From: Mustelus asterias
Taxonomy: Eukaryota
Assembly (NCBI RefSeq): GCF_964213995.1
Contig: NC_135801.1
Location: 29,078,001 to 29,142,000 of the forward strand
Direction of reading: 5' to 3'
Length of the DNA: 64,000 nt
Of the stretch, positions 38,990-51,174 are shown in pieces. Numbering within the stretch: the first letter of the stretch is position 1; the number at the start of each line of letters is the position of its first letter. Under the pieces are notes generated by a model. It was not told the DNA's origin. It searched no databases and worked only from the letters and a program-made list of their open reading frames with translations. Position numbers and translations under genes: made by a program.

Positions 38990-40320
38990 AAGACCATAAT
39001 ACATAGGAGCAGAATTAGGCCACTCGGCCCATCAAGTCTGCTCTGCCATTCAATCATGGCTGATATTTTTCTCATCCCCATTCTCCTGCCTTTTCCCCAT
39101 TACCCCTGATCTCCTTATTAGTCAAGAACCTATCTATCTCTGTCTTAAAGACACTCAATGAACTGGCCTCCACAACCTTCTGCGGCAAAGAGTTCCACAG
39201 ATTCACCACTCTCTAGCTGAAGAAATTCCTCCTTATCTCTATTTTAAAGGATCGTCCCTTTAGCCTGAAGTTGTGCCCTCTGGTTCTAGTTTTTCCTACT
39301 AGTGGAAACATCCTCTCCACGTCCATTCTATCCAGGCCTTGCAGTATCCTGTAAGTTTCAATAAGATTCCCCCTCATCCTTCTAAACTCCAACGAGTATA
39401 GACCCAAAGTCCTCAACTGTTCCTCATATGACAAGCTCTTCATTCCAGGGATCATTCTTGTCAACCTCCTTTGAATCCTTTCCAAGGCCAGCACATCTTA
39501 TGGAGCCCAAAACTGTTCACAATACTCCAAATGGAGTCTGACCAGAGCCTTATACAGCCTCAGAAATACATCCCTGTTCTTGTATTCTAGCCCTCTTGAT
39601 ATGAATGCTAACATTGCATTTGCCTTCCTAACTACCGACTGAACCTGCACGTTAACCTTAAGAGAATCTTGAACAATGACTCCCAACTCCCTTTGTGTTT
39701 CTGATTTCCTAAGCAATTTCCCATTTAGAAAATAATCTATGCCTCCATTTCTCCTTCCAAAGTGCATAACCTCACTTTTCCACATTGTATTCCATCTGCC
39801 ACTGCTTTACCCACTCTCCTAACCTGTCCAAGTCCTTCTGCAGCCCCCCTGCTTCCTCAATACTACCTGTCCCTCTACATATCTTTTTTTCATCTGCAAA
39901 CTTCGCAACAGTGCCTTCAGTTCCTTCCTCCAAATCGCTAATGTATATTGTGAAAAGTTGTGGTCCCAGCACTGACCCCTGAGGCACATCACTAGTCACC
40001 GGCTGCCATCCTGAAAAAGACCCCTTTATCCTCACTCTCTGCCTTCTGCTAGTCAACCAATCCTCTATCCATGCCAGGATCTTACCCTTAACACCATGGG
40101 CTCTTAATTTATTTAACTGTCTCCTATGTGGCACCTTGTCAAAGGTCTTCTGGAAATCTAAATAAATCACATCCACTGGTTCTCCTTTAGCTAACTTCCT
40201 TGTTACCTCCTCAAAGAACTCTAACAGATTTGTGAGACATGACCTCCCCTTGACAAAGCCATGTTGACTCAGTCCTACTTTATCATGCACTTCCAAGTAC
40301 TCTGCGTTCCCATCTTTAAT
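38990..40320 (-). mobile_element. CR1-clade LINE 3' portion (frameshifted RT)
   Basis: ORFs 39213..39494, 39498..39785 and 39772..40338 carry QHGFVKGRSCLTNL, DFQKTFDKVPH, PQGSVLGP, KFADE and HLEYCEQFWAP. Confidence 0.93.
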
Positions 40321-40668
40321 CCTTAATATACACACCATAGGAAGTTATGCCAAGTTATTTCAAGTATCCTTTTAATGACCTGATCAGTGATAATTATTCA
40401 ATTTATTTTATATAGTGCATTTAATGTAACAAATCGTCCCAAGCACTTCACTCCAGCATTGTAAAACAATGGAGGTCCAGATTGAGGTGTATAAAATTAT
40501 GAAGGACATAGGGTAGATAAGGAGTTACTTTTCCCCTTAGTAGAGAGGTCAATAACCAGGGGTGCATAGATTTACAGTAATGGGCAGGAATTATAGAGGG
40601 GATTTGAGGAAAATCTTTTTCACCCAGAGGATGGTGGGAATCTGGAACTCATTGCCTAAAAGGGTGGT

Positions 40669-41717
40669 CACAGTGAGAAGTCTCACAACACCAGGTTAAA
40701 GTCCAGCAGGTTTATTTGGTAACATGAGCTTTCGGAGCACGGCTCCTTCATCAGGTGAGTGGAGAATTAGGTTCACAAACAGGGCACATATAGACACAGA
40801 CTCAATTACAAGAGAATGATTGGAATGCGAGTCTTAACAAGTAATCAAGTCTTTACACTCAAGTACAGACAATGCGAGTGGAGAGAGGGTTAAGCAGAGG
40901 TTGAAGAGGTATGAATTGTCTCAAGCCAGGACAGTTCGTGAGATTTTGCAAGCCCCGGCAAATCGTGGGGGTTACAGGTAGTGTGACATCAACCCAAGAT
41001 CCCGGTTGAGGCCGTCCTCATAAGTGCGGAACTTGGCTATTAGTTTCTGCTCGGTGATTCTGCGTTGTCGTGTGTCTTGAAGGCCACCTCGGAGAACGCC
41101 TACCCGAAGATCAGAGGCTGAATGCCCTTGACTGCTGAAGTGTTCCCCGACAAGAAGGGAACACTCCTGCCTGGTGACTGTCGAGCGGTGTCCATTCATC
41201 CTTTGTCGTAGCATCTGCATGGTCTCACTGATGTACCACGCCTCGGGACATCCTTTCCTGCAGCGCATCAGGTAGACAACATTTTCCAAGTCGCATGAGT
41301 ATGTACTGTGTACCTGGTGGATGATGTTCTCATGTGAGATGAGGGCATCCGTGTTGATGATCCGGCACGTCTTGCAGAGGTTGCTGTGGCAGGGTTGTGT
41401 GGTGTCGTGGTCGCAGTTCTCCTGAAGGCTAGGTTGTTTGCTGCGGACAATGGTCTGTTTGAGGTTGTGCGGTTGTTTGAAGGCAAGTGGTGGGGTGTGG
41501 GGATGGCCTTGGTGAGATGTTCGTCTTCATCGATGACATGTTGAAGGCTCCGAAGATGATGTCGTAGCTTCTCCGCTCCGGGGAAGTACTGGACGACGAA
41601 GGGTACTCTGTTGGCCGTGTCCCGTGCTTGTCGTCCGAGGAGGTCGGTGCGATTTTTCACTGTGGCGCGTCGGAACTGTCGATCGATGAGTCGAGTGCCT
41701 TATCCTATTCTTACGAT
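40669..41717 (-). mobile_element. Penelope-like element (RT C-terminal region, GIY-YIG endonuclease, terminal repeat) inserted in a CR1 3' fragment
   Basis: ORF 40972..41289 NVVYLMRCRKGCPEAWYISET...RQRMNGHR...VGEHF...EQKLIAKF...GLN (GIY-YIG type); ORF 41268..41660 RVPFVVQYFPG. 40669-41000 matches the arm at 2483-2815. ggtggt is repeated at 40663-40668 and 41718-41723. Host CR1 at ~40465-40668 and 41718-41900. Confidence 0.9.
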
Positions 41718-41984
41718 GGTGGTAGAGGAGGAAACTGTCATAACATTTAAGAAGCATTTAGATGAGCACGTGAAATGCCATAGCATACAAGACTACGGAC
41801 AAAGTGCTGAAAAATGGGATTGAAAAAGATAGGTGCTTGATGGCTAGTAAAGACACAATGGGCCGAAGAACCTCTTTTTGTGCTGTATGACTCGATGACT
41901 ATGACAAAACCACGTAGAAGATATTAGGTCTGGTGACCCAATATGAGCAAAAGAGCTGAACTCAAAAGGGTAGGTGAGTGAAAA

Positions 41985-42665
41985 TCTAACCCATCTCCCC
42001 TTGACATTCAATGGCATTACTATTGTTGAATCCCCCACTAACATCATCCTGAGGGTTACTATTAACCAGAAACTGAACTAGCCATATAAGAACTGCATGT
42101 GCAAGAACAGGTCATTGACTGGGAATTTTGAAGCAGATAACTCACCTCCTGTCCACCAAACTACAAGACACAAGTCAGAAGTGTGATGACCACTCTCCAT
42201 TTGTCTGGGTGAGTGCAACTATAACAACACTCAAACAATATCAAAAGACAAAGCAGTCCACTTGATCAGCACCCAACCACCAACTTAAACATTCACTCCC
42301 TCCAACACCAATACACGGTGGCAGCAGTGTACAACAGTGTACAAAACACACTGCAAACACTCACCAATTCTCATTCCACAGCATCTTCCAAACCCACAAC
42401 CTCAGATACCTTGAAGGACAAGGGCAGCACATGCATGGGAACACCACCAGCTTCGAGTTCCCTCCCTTCCTGACTTGAAGCTCTATCACCATTCCTTCAG
42501 TCACTGGGTCAAAGTTAGGTTAGGAACTTCCTGCCTAACAACACTGTGGGTGTGTCTCCACCACACAGACTGCAGAGGTTCACCAGCACATTTTCAAGGA
42601 CAACTGGGGATGGGCAGAAAACGCTGGCCTTGCCAGCAATGCCCACTTCCCATGAAAGAATATTA
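41985..42665 (+). mobile_element. Degenerate LINE 3' fragment, same family as 36020-36830
   Basis: Shared blocks aaccagaaactgaac, gacaaagcagtccacttgat, cattcactccctcc, cctaacaacactgtgggtgt. Confidence 0.7.
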
Positions 42666-42802
42666 AAAAATATTAAACCAGCATGTTTGAGATCTTATTT
42701 CATAATTTCAGCCATTTGACTGGGTAAAACACAAGTCCCCTCCATGTATAACTGTCATTGTGGTACACAAATTGGCAGCGATTCTGGAAACCCACACCTT
42801 TT

Positions 42803-43910
42803 ATCATAGATAGAAGTTTATAGCATGGAAACAGGCCCTTCGGTCCAACATGTCCATGCCACTCTTTTTTTTTAAAGCCCCTAAGCTAATCCCAATTGCC
42901 CGCATTTGGCCCATATCCCTCTATACCCATCGTACCCATGTAACTATCTAAATGCTTTTTAAAAGACAAAATTGGACCCGCCTCTACTACTACCTCTGGC
43001 AGCTTGTCCCAGACACTCACCACCCTCTGTGTGAAAAAATTGCCCCTCTGGACACTTTTGTATCTCTCCCCTCTCACCTTAAACCTATGCCCTCTAGTTT
43101 TAGATTCCCCTACCTTTGGGAAAAGATATTGACTATCTAGCTGATCTGTGCCCCTCATTATTTTATAGGCCTCTAGAAGATCACCCCTCAGCCTCCTACG
43201 CTCCAGAGAAAAAAGTCCGCGTCTATCCCGCCTCTCCTTATAACTCAATCCATCAAGTCCCGGTAGCATCCTAGTAAATTTTTTCTGCACTCTTTCTAAT
43301 TTAATAATATCCTTTCTATAATAGGGTGCCCAGAATTGCACACAGTATTCCAAATGTGGCCTTACCAATGTCTTGTACAACTTCAACAAGACATTCCAAC
43401 TCCTGTATTCAATGTTCTGACTGATGAAACCAAGCATGCCGAATGCCTTCTTCACCACTCTGTCCACCTGTGACTCCACTTTCAAGGAGCTATGAACATG
43501 TACCCCTAGATCGCTTTGTTCTGTAACTCGCCCTACCATTAACTGAGTAAGTCCTGCCCTGGTTCAATCTACCAAAATGCATCACCTCGCATTTGTCTAA
43601 ATTAAACTCCATCTGCCATTTGTCAGCCCACTGACCCAATTGATCAAGATCCCGTTGCAATTGGAGATAATTTTCTTCACTGTCCACTATGCCACTAATC
43701 TTGGTGTCATCTGCAAATTTACTAACCATGCCTCCTATATTCTCATCCAAATCATTAATATAAATGACAAATAACAGTGGACCCAGCACTGATCCCTGAG
43801 CTGGTCACAGGCCTCCAGTTTGAAAAACAACTCTCTACAATCACCCTCTGGCTTCTGTCAAGAAGCCAATTTTGTATCCATTTAGATACCTCACCCTGGA
43901 TCCCATGGAT
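42803..43910 (-). mobile_element. CR1-clade LINE 3' portion
   Basis: ORFs 42886..43539 and 43490..43789: [42 protein letters not shown]. Confidence 0.93.
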
Positions 43911-44169
43911 ATCTCTTTACAGACTTGCCCAACTCTGTACAATATGACACCTTGAGATGCAAGATGTAAGCATACAACTTACTTCAGTTGAGCTCAATAG
44001 CCCCGATGCAATCTGTCAGCAGCTTGTCATTAGTCCGAGTATGCTACATATGAGAGCAAAATGTGAAGATATAGTTCTTTTGGGCTTTTTAAAAAATCAT
44101 CTCTTCTAATCAGTTTGATAACTAGCAGTTTAAAAAGACTTTTCGAACTCTCTGTCGAACAGTAACCCT

Positions 44170-44230
44170 AGTAAGAGTTTTAACAACCTGGTGTTGTTGA
44201 CCCCAGTCCAACGCCGGCATCTCCACATCA
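44170..44230. mobile_element. Ultra-short Penelope-like insertion (61 bp)
   Basis: agtaagagttttaacaac + ctggtgttgtt + gaccccagtccaacgccggcatctccacatca, flanked by the 13-bp repeat gaacagtaaccct (44157-44169, 44231-44243). Confidence 0.8.
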
Positions 44231-47200
44231 GAACAGTAACCCTGCCAGGGTTTTAACTGTTGAAAATGATTTAAAATTCCTGATTAAACTACTTTGGAGA
44301 CAACAGTATCTGTTAATTGTGCAGGTTATTTATAGCGCTCCTTCCTGATTAGTTCAATAAGGTGATTGGCAAGGCAATTTGGCAGAATGTTCACATTTCA
44401 CGTTTATAATTGTTAAGACTCAGAATTATTTTTAGTGTTGTGGAACATTTAAAAAATCATCAACTTTCAAAGTACAGTATCATTAAAAGGAAAAGAAAAT
44501 TGACTCTACTTCATCCAGCTGTAGAAGTCTAATTATAGTTAGTAGATTGGTTTAGACGTAGGGTTGATCAATTTGCATGGATACAAAATTTTTAATCCTT
44601 TGAAAAATTAATCCTGGAAAGTTAACCACCTTTCTGGAGATTATAGCAGAACCTTGATTATATTAATAAACTAGATTCCCAAGATGTTTATACTTGAATC
44701 TACATCTCTCTAAATTACTGACATTGAAAATTGATAAAAGTTTATTACAGCAGCCTATTTGAACTTTTGAACATTACAAAAATTACTGTAAAATGGTAAA
44801 ATCTCAATGATCAAATTTGCAGGTAATGTTAATTGCCACATCCTCATGTTTTGCTATGATACAATTGCATACAGGGTGCCATGAGTCAGCTCTGATAAAA
44901 GACACAAGCTCAATTTTAGCCCTGCCTAACCAATGTGAATAGTACAGACGAAGGTTCAAATGGGGATTAAAGCACTATCTTTTGTGCTTTAACAGAACCA
45001 TTTTGAATGTGCCAAGGCACCTCAAAAATATCCAATTCTAATGATGTCGCTTGAACCATCTGAATTTGAGTACCATCATTTAATTAAATCAACTTTTGTT
45101 CCAAATTTTAAAACAGGAGATGATATTGAGTTTTACATTGAAAAATATATACTTTTTTCTCGTATCAGTACGGTAGGTAGCAAAGATGATAATATGGCAA
45201 AATGTACTACCCTCGCAGCCTACTATCTGAACTCTGAAACGATCAGAGACTATGAAATAATTTGGGAAATTGATACCCAACTCAAAGACACATAACAAAT
45301 GTATCTGGAAAGCAAAGCCATAATAGACTACAAACACTGCCATTTAAAATTAATGGATAGATTCCTAGAAATACACTCAAATAGGTACTCGCTTTGATCA
45401 TTTCATAACCTCATGAGCACAAGCAAGCCACCAAACCGTTAAGAGACCTGATGCCTCATGCTGTCTGATGAACAAACTGCTCAGTGAGCCAGCTACTCAG
45501 CCCTCTTGGAAAGGCAAGGGGCGAGGTCATTTCTTAAAAGTAAAAAATGTGAAAACCATCAGATCATGGGTTTTCAATGTAGTGAAGTGGACCACAAGAA
45601 TATTCACCACTGGTCTCCTTTCAAATTTTGCAATGCAAATCTGGTGGTCACTTCAATAGCCAGTTCAATGGTGAGCGCTGATAGAGACAGGTTGATGTAT
45701 AACCTTCACTGGATCAGGATGAATGAGGCACACGTAAACGGTAAGAGATAAACTGGCTACTCATCAAAAACTGTACATGACAGCCGAATAAAAGACTACC
45801 ATTACATAAGACAAAGTTGCCTGCATCGAGGAGCTGTGGATGCAGCTCCTAGATGCATCCATAGCCAGAAGATGGCTGGAATATCTCAGCCACACAGGGT
45901 TCAGAGAAATGGAAGCTTATTCATTCTCCTGTTGTTTGATTTTTTAATAGCGAATGATGGACATACCAAGGGGGTTACAGATCAGCAATTCAGGGAGGAT
46001 GTAACTGGGATAGCACAAGGCTAACCCGACTGGTCCACCGCAAATAATCACAGCAGCTATTGACCGAAAAATGTTTCCCACGTGTGCAGAAACTCAGAGG
46101 AGAAGGGCTATTTCAGACACACCTAGTTTGGGATGAACCAAGTCAGAAGGGCAAAGTCTTCACTAATGCACCACAAGGTTCATACAAGACAGACTCCACT
46201 TCAGGAGAGTGGGGAGAGGGTTTTTTTTGGACCATGCTTTCCATTTCATTATTCCACACATTATAACATTCCCAAATTTAAGTCATTGTCCACACAGTGA
46301 CAACATATTACTACATAGTCTAGTGGCTACAGTGTGGCAATGCATGCTGACAAAGCCAATATACAGGAGCAAGAATCTTCTGTAATCTAACATTACATAA
46401 TATAACCTTGTAACAACATCATTGCACCACCAACAAGCATTATGGGTAATGCAGATAGACATGGCTCATTTTATGATAAATGTTCGGAGATGGGCTGAGT
46501 GTTCAATGCATTTTGAATTAGAATACAGGAACCATGTGTAATAAGGAAGCTGCTATGATATTCAGAAGGAGACAGCAAAAATCTTAACATCAATCAAACA
46601 ACAAAACAGAGAAGATCTTACTGAAAAATCTCTAGGGCGGTAATATTATTTTATTGTTCATGAGCTGCAAGTTCAGTGATTTCCTTCATCCACACTGAGT
46701 AATCTCCACATCTATTTATATAGTGCACAAGGTGTCTATTTTTAACCAACATTTCCCATGGTGATTTGAAAAACAGGTTCCCTTGTAATGCCATACACCA
46801 ATCATGGTAAATATGCATAGGTCGAGTTACAATTAGACATTAAACCGTGCATTGTAAGTAACTTTTGCTTGGATGCAGTCCAAAACTTAAAAGAAAATCA
46901 ATGACTTTGAAATCCTAATCTGGGTGCTTTTGAGGATTTCTTGTAATGTATTCCACATTTAAAAAAATCTATAATCTATTTTAAGTATCTTCAATGTTTC
47001 TGCATTCAAAAGAAGTCAATCTGTAAATTGTATCCACAAACACAATGCCTCCCCCCACTCTGTTTACCTCAACTTACTGGACCCCATGCTCTGTTAATTT
47101 TTTCCTTAAAGATCAAACTACCTCCCTCCCTTCTCTTAATTTCTTCCTTAAAACTTTTGACTACCACACTTAATGCCTTCAGTTTGGTTAATATAATCAT

Positions 47201-47257
47201 ATAGAAGGCCATATATGCTGGATTCTTTGATCAATCAATCCCATGACCGTGCTCTTT

Positions 47258-47440
47258 TGTCCGTGTCTGCGTGGGTTTCCTCCCACAGTCCAAAGATGTG
47301 CAGGTTAGGTGGATCGGCCATGCTAAATTCCCCTTCAGTGTGCCCGAACAGGCGCCGGAGTGTGGTGACTAGAGGATTTTCACGTAACTTCATTGCAGTG
47401 TTAATGTAAGCCTACTTGTGACTAATAAATGAACTTTAAT
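47258..47440 (+). mobile_element. 5'-truncated HE1/V-type SINE, 'tail B'
   Basis: gtgtctgcgtgggtttcctcccacagtccaaagatgtg...taacttcattgcagtgttaatgtaagcctacttgtgactaataaat. Confidence 0.85.
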
Positions 47441-47731
47441 AAATGCTTTTTTTCCCCTGCAACTTGGAACTTTTCCTCCCTTTTATAATGGATAGCCAAT
47501 TCTTCTTGGATGGTTACTATTGAATTCACTTCCACCGCTCTTTCAAGCAGTGCAGTCAGGTCACAACATCTCTTTTAAAGGCAAATACAAATGCCAAGCT
47601 GCTGTTACTATCATAATCCTGAGGACAAATGACACAAATGTTTAAAGATCAATTTTCAATATGTAAAGTTGTCAAAATAAAACAAATAGTCAACAATTCT
47701 GTTAAAATCAAAGGATTAAAAATAGTCTTAC

Positions 47732-47982
47732 CTGGTTTCGGTCACGAGCATTTGCATATCTGAACCTCTGGATATAGTAGAAAACTAACCAGGCCAGCGA
47801 AATGATCATTAACACAATGAACGAGATCGATACAAATACAACGGAGGTACGGCTGACGTATTTTTGTAAATTACGTGTTCCAATTGTTATGTACATCATT
47901 ATGGTGATATTCCTTTCAAGTAGGCTCATAATCTCACGACCTTTCAGTTCAGGAATCATAATAGCTACAATGTCTCCTGTAC
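47732..47982 (-). CDS. RNF150: RNF150 coding exon (C-terminal part of PA domain + transmembrane helix), probably exon 2
   Basis: 251-nt exon, ttttgcag|GT...AACCAG|gtaaga, phase 1->0. Translates (G)[83 protein letters not shown], recognised as near-identical to vertebrate RNF150 (overlaps ORF 47708..47959). Confidence 0.96.
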
Positions 47983-49289
47983 CTGCAAAACAGAAAATGA
48001 GAAAGAATTACTAAAATTAAATTGCGGATGCAGTTTACAGAATTGCTTTTTTCTTTCTAGGTGACACAATGAACAGTCATTTTGAAGTCTAGATTATGAC
48101 AATTATCATTCTGATTTTCAAAATTCACCACAATGTCTATGTATCATGAACATGTTAGAACAGCTAGCAATTTACTTGTTAAATTGGTCAGTATCCTCAT
48201 GTTTTGAAGCAGGATTCATGAAGGTTGCAACTGTGGCTCTTAAAAGTGATAATCATGGTGCTAAAAGTTGTAATCATGGGCTACCCTCAATTTTCAGTTA
48301 TAAAACCAATATTTTTTGGTCAGCAAGGGATCTGGTATGCATAGAAATAGGCTTCCCAATCGCAAAACCAAATTGCTGGGAAATCACGTGTTTTTCAGAG
48401 CTGGAACGTACATGCTCTGTGGTGACACACATGATTTGCCTTTCAGGTTAGCAAAAATGTTTCTTCTTTCCAAGTATGGATCAGAGTACTGGTGAAGCTT
48501 AACAGCTAAAATTCAGCAACTGACCAACATTAGGCAATGGCAAACTGCATGATTTTGGTTTCTCTTTCTGTCCCCACACCAATATCTCTGCAAGCTGTTG
48601 CCAATTTTAGTTGGCCCTAATTATGGTTATCTTAACAGACCATTGATTTATAGGAGTATATAAATCAGTAATAAGTAAACAGCAGATCCTAGTAACTGGA
48701 TTACACTTCAAGATCTCATCAATAAACCAACAACACTCTGGAGTATTGAAGATCTATCTGACTCAGACACTGGATTACTGAGTACACCATGGAGGGTTGA
48801 TCAAAGTTTTGATTTTTCACCCCAGACATGTTAACTCGGAGCCAACTCCAATCCCATTTAGATTGATTCAAAAAAAGTTTTTTTTTGGTCTTGCAAAATC
48901 ACATGTCCATAGATAAGCATCATTCAGCATTAGATAGATGATCAGATAGACCCAGGGATGAACACTGACTATATCACTAGAATTCTGCTCTTCTTCAAAT
49001 AGTTTCATTTAAACCGTTATGTTGCTCCAAGAGGGCAAAAAGGTTCTCCACCAAAACTCAGAGCATCCAACCATTTGGCACTCCTTCAGTACTATACTGA
49101 CATTTGAGCCTAGATTATGTGCTCAAATCACTGAAGTTGGGAATAACTTACAAGCTATTCACTCAAAAGGTAAGGGTGTCAACACTGAGCCAAAGAAGAT
49201 CTTGAGGAAAATGGCATTCCTCTTCTCTAATTATAACAATATCTTGACTTGTCCAACATCAGCAGAAATTTCTTCCCATTAAATGTGGA

Positions 49290-50045
49290 ACAGACCAATG
49301 CCATAAACTCCTTCACTGACTCCATGCCGTTCCCTGGCCAATATCTGAGGTTGAACCTCACTATTTTCAACCTTAGTATCCTAATCAACAACAAACTGCA
49401 TCATAATTGACAATAAGCTGCTTCCTTCTCCATAATGTCGCTGTCTCCATGCTTTCCTCAGCTCAGCAAGAAGTCTAACAACACCAGGTTTACCCCAGTC
49501 CAACGCCGGCATCTTCCTCAGCTCATCCACTGCTAAGCCCTTCAGCCATGCCTTTGCTCCCTCTAGACACAACTGTTTGATTGCCCTCTGTAAACATGAG
49601 CTCATCCAAACTCCTGCTGCCTGCACCGTGCGCCAAGCCCAGTAGCCCGCTGCCCACGTTCACTCACCTAATTAGGTTCCTGGTTCAGCAATGTCTCAAT
49701 TTATCCTTCATCCTTCCCATCTCCATAAATGCCACCAGCCATAAAACCCTCCGAGATGTCTGCACTCCTCTAATTATGGCTTCTTGTATATTTCTAATTT
49801 CCTTTGCTCCACCATTGGCAACCATGCCTTTTGCTGCAATGACCTTAAGCCTTGAAATTCATTCTCTGCCTCTCTACATCTCTTTCGTCCTTTAAGACAC
49901 TCCTTAAAACCTACCAAACTTTGGGACACCTGACTCAATATCTCTAAGTGGCTCAGTGTCAAATTTTGTTTGATAATCACTCCTGCAAATTGTCTTAGGA
50001 TATTTGACTACGTAAAGGCACTCCATAAATAAAAATTGTTGTTAC
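49290..50045 (+). mobile_element. L2-like LINE 3' relic
   Basis: ccatgcctttgctccctctagac...aaactcctgctgcctgcacc...ccttaaaacctacc...aaaggcactccataaataaaaattgttgtt. Confidence 0.65.
49466..49513. mobile_element. Ultra-short Penelope-like insertion (48 bp)
   Basis: gcaagaagtctaacaacaccaggtt + taccccagtccaacgccggcatc, flanked by the 12-bp repeat ttcctcagctca (49454-49465, 49514-49525). Confidence 0.8.
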
Positions 50046-50897
50046 TGTTCTCAAGTTATCATGTTCAAAAGCTACTGAGTTGACAATGTCGATGGTCATA
50101 TTTTCTGTGCTACAAAAGGTTAAATATGCCACACTTAAACTGACTAAAGCAGGTCCTTGTTATGTATGTAAAATATACTGATACTGAGCACACAAAAGCA
50201 GCTGAGACATTGCCGCAAAATACAAATTGTCTACCATGTTGATCAGCCAAAACATCCAAAACAGTTGAAGTGGAGAGGTGTTCACCGTAAACGATATAAA
50301 CATATTTTGTTCAATGTTAACATATTTACTCCATGAAAATATGATAATGGACGATCAGAAAATATTTCTCAAGCTATTTATTTTTACTGTAATTGATCTT
50401 TAAACACTCACTTTTAATTGAAAGCTGTTCTTGCCTGCAAATCCAACTCAAATACACAATTATGTAATATTATGTCAAACACAGAAATCCTGCTAAAATA
50501 ATTATTGAGATTAGTGCAATCAGTAGCGACATTTTTCTTGCATTATAAAAATAAACTAGCTGTGAATAGAAGGCAGAGTGGTGTTATGTACATAGCCTTT
50601 CTTAAGAATGTAAAATGCATTAATAAATTAAATCACATGACAAAGAGAAAATAACTTCTAGAGTCATTTCATGGTATGTTACCTTCCAAATCAGAATGGC
50701 AACTGGTTGAGAATTATTGATTTTCTCCAGACCTAATCATACTTGTGCAGATCAATCCATGAAACAAGGAAATTCTTGCTGTGTGTCTGCATCAGCACCG
50801 CTGTTCCTGCGTCTTGTGCAATTTCCACAGTGACCACTTTTCTTATTGTTGCTGATGGTGCAGCGTTCAAAATTGTCCACTGTGTTATAATCATCAT

Positions 50898-51008
50898 TAC
50901 AAAATCCCTGCAGTGCAGAAGGTGGCCATTTGGCCCGTCAAGTCTGCACCGACCACAATCCCACCCAGGCAATATTGCCGTAACCCCACATATTGACCCT
51001 GCTAATCT
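50898..51008 (-). mobile_element. HE1-type SINE tail fragment
   Basis: ccctgcagtgcagaaggtggccatttggcccgtcaagtctgcaccgaccacaatcccacccagg. Confidence 0.75.
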
Positions 51009-51174
51009 ATTGGAGATCAACTTGGTCAACCTGCTATAAGTGTCTCCCAGTTTTGTGCACCAAGTGATTCAGGTAATGCTGTGACACATGCTCAGGTAGA
51101 TGGTAGTTCACCCCCAAAATATGCCAAATTTGAGCCCACCACACAAGACATATTTGGGAAGTCATATTATCCAG

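Noticed and set aside
45041-45343. 84-aa ORFs on both strands
   Set aside because: No recognisable motifs or splice context; length within chance expectation.
47732-47982. Assignment to paralogs RNF130, RNF149 or RNF128
   Set aside because: The exon peptides ([20 protein letters not shown]; GGPPTNQITGASD) match RNF150 as recalled; a phylogeny would be the formal test.
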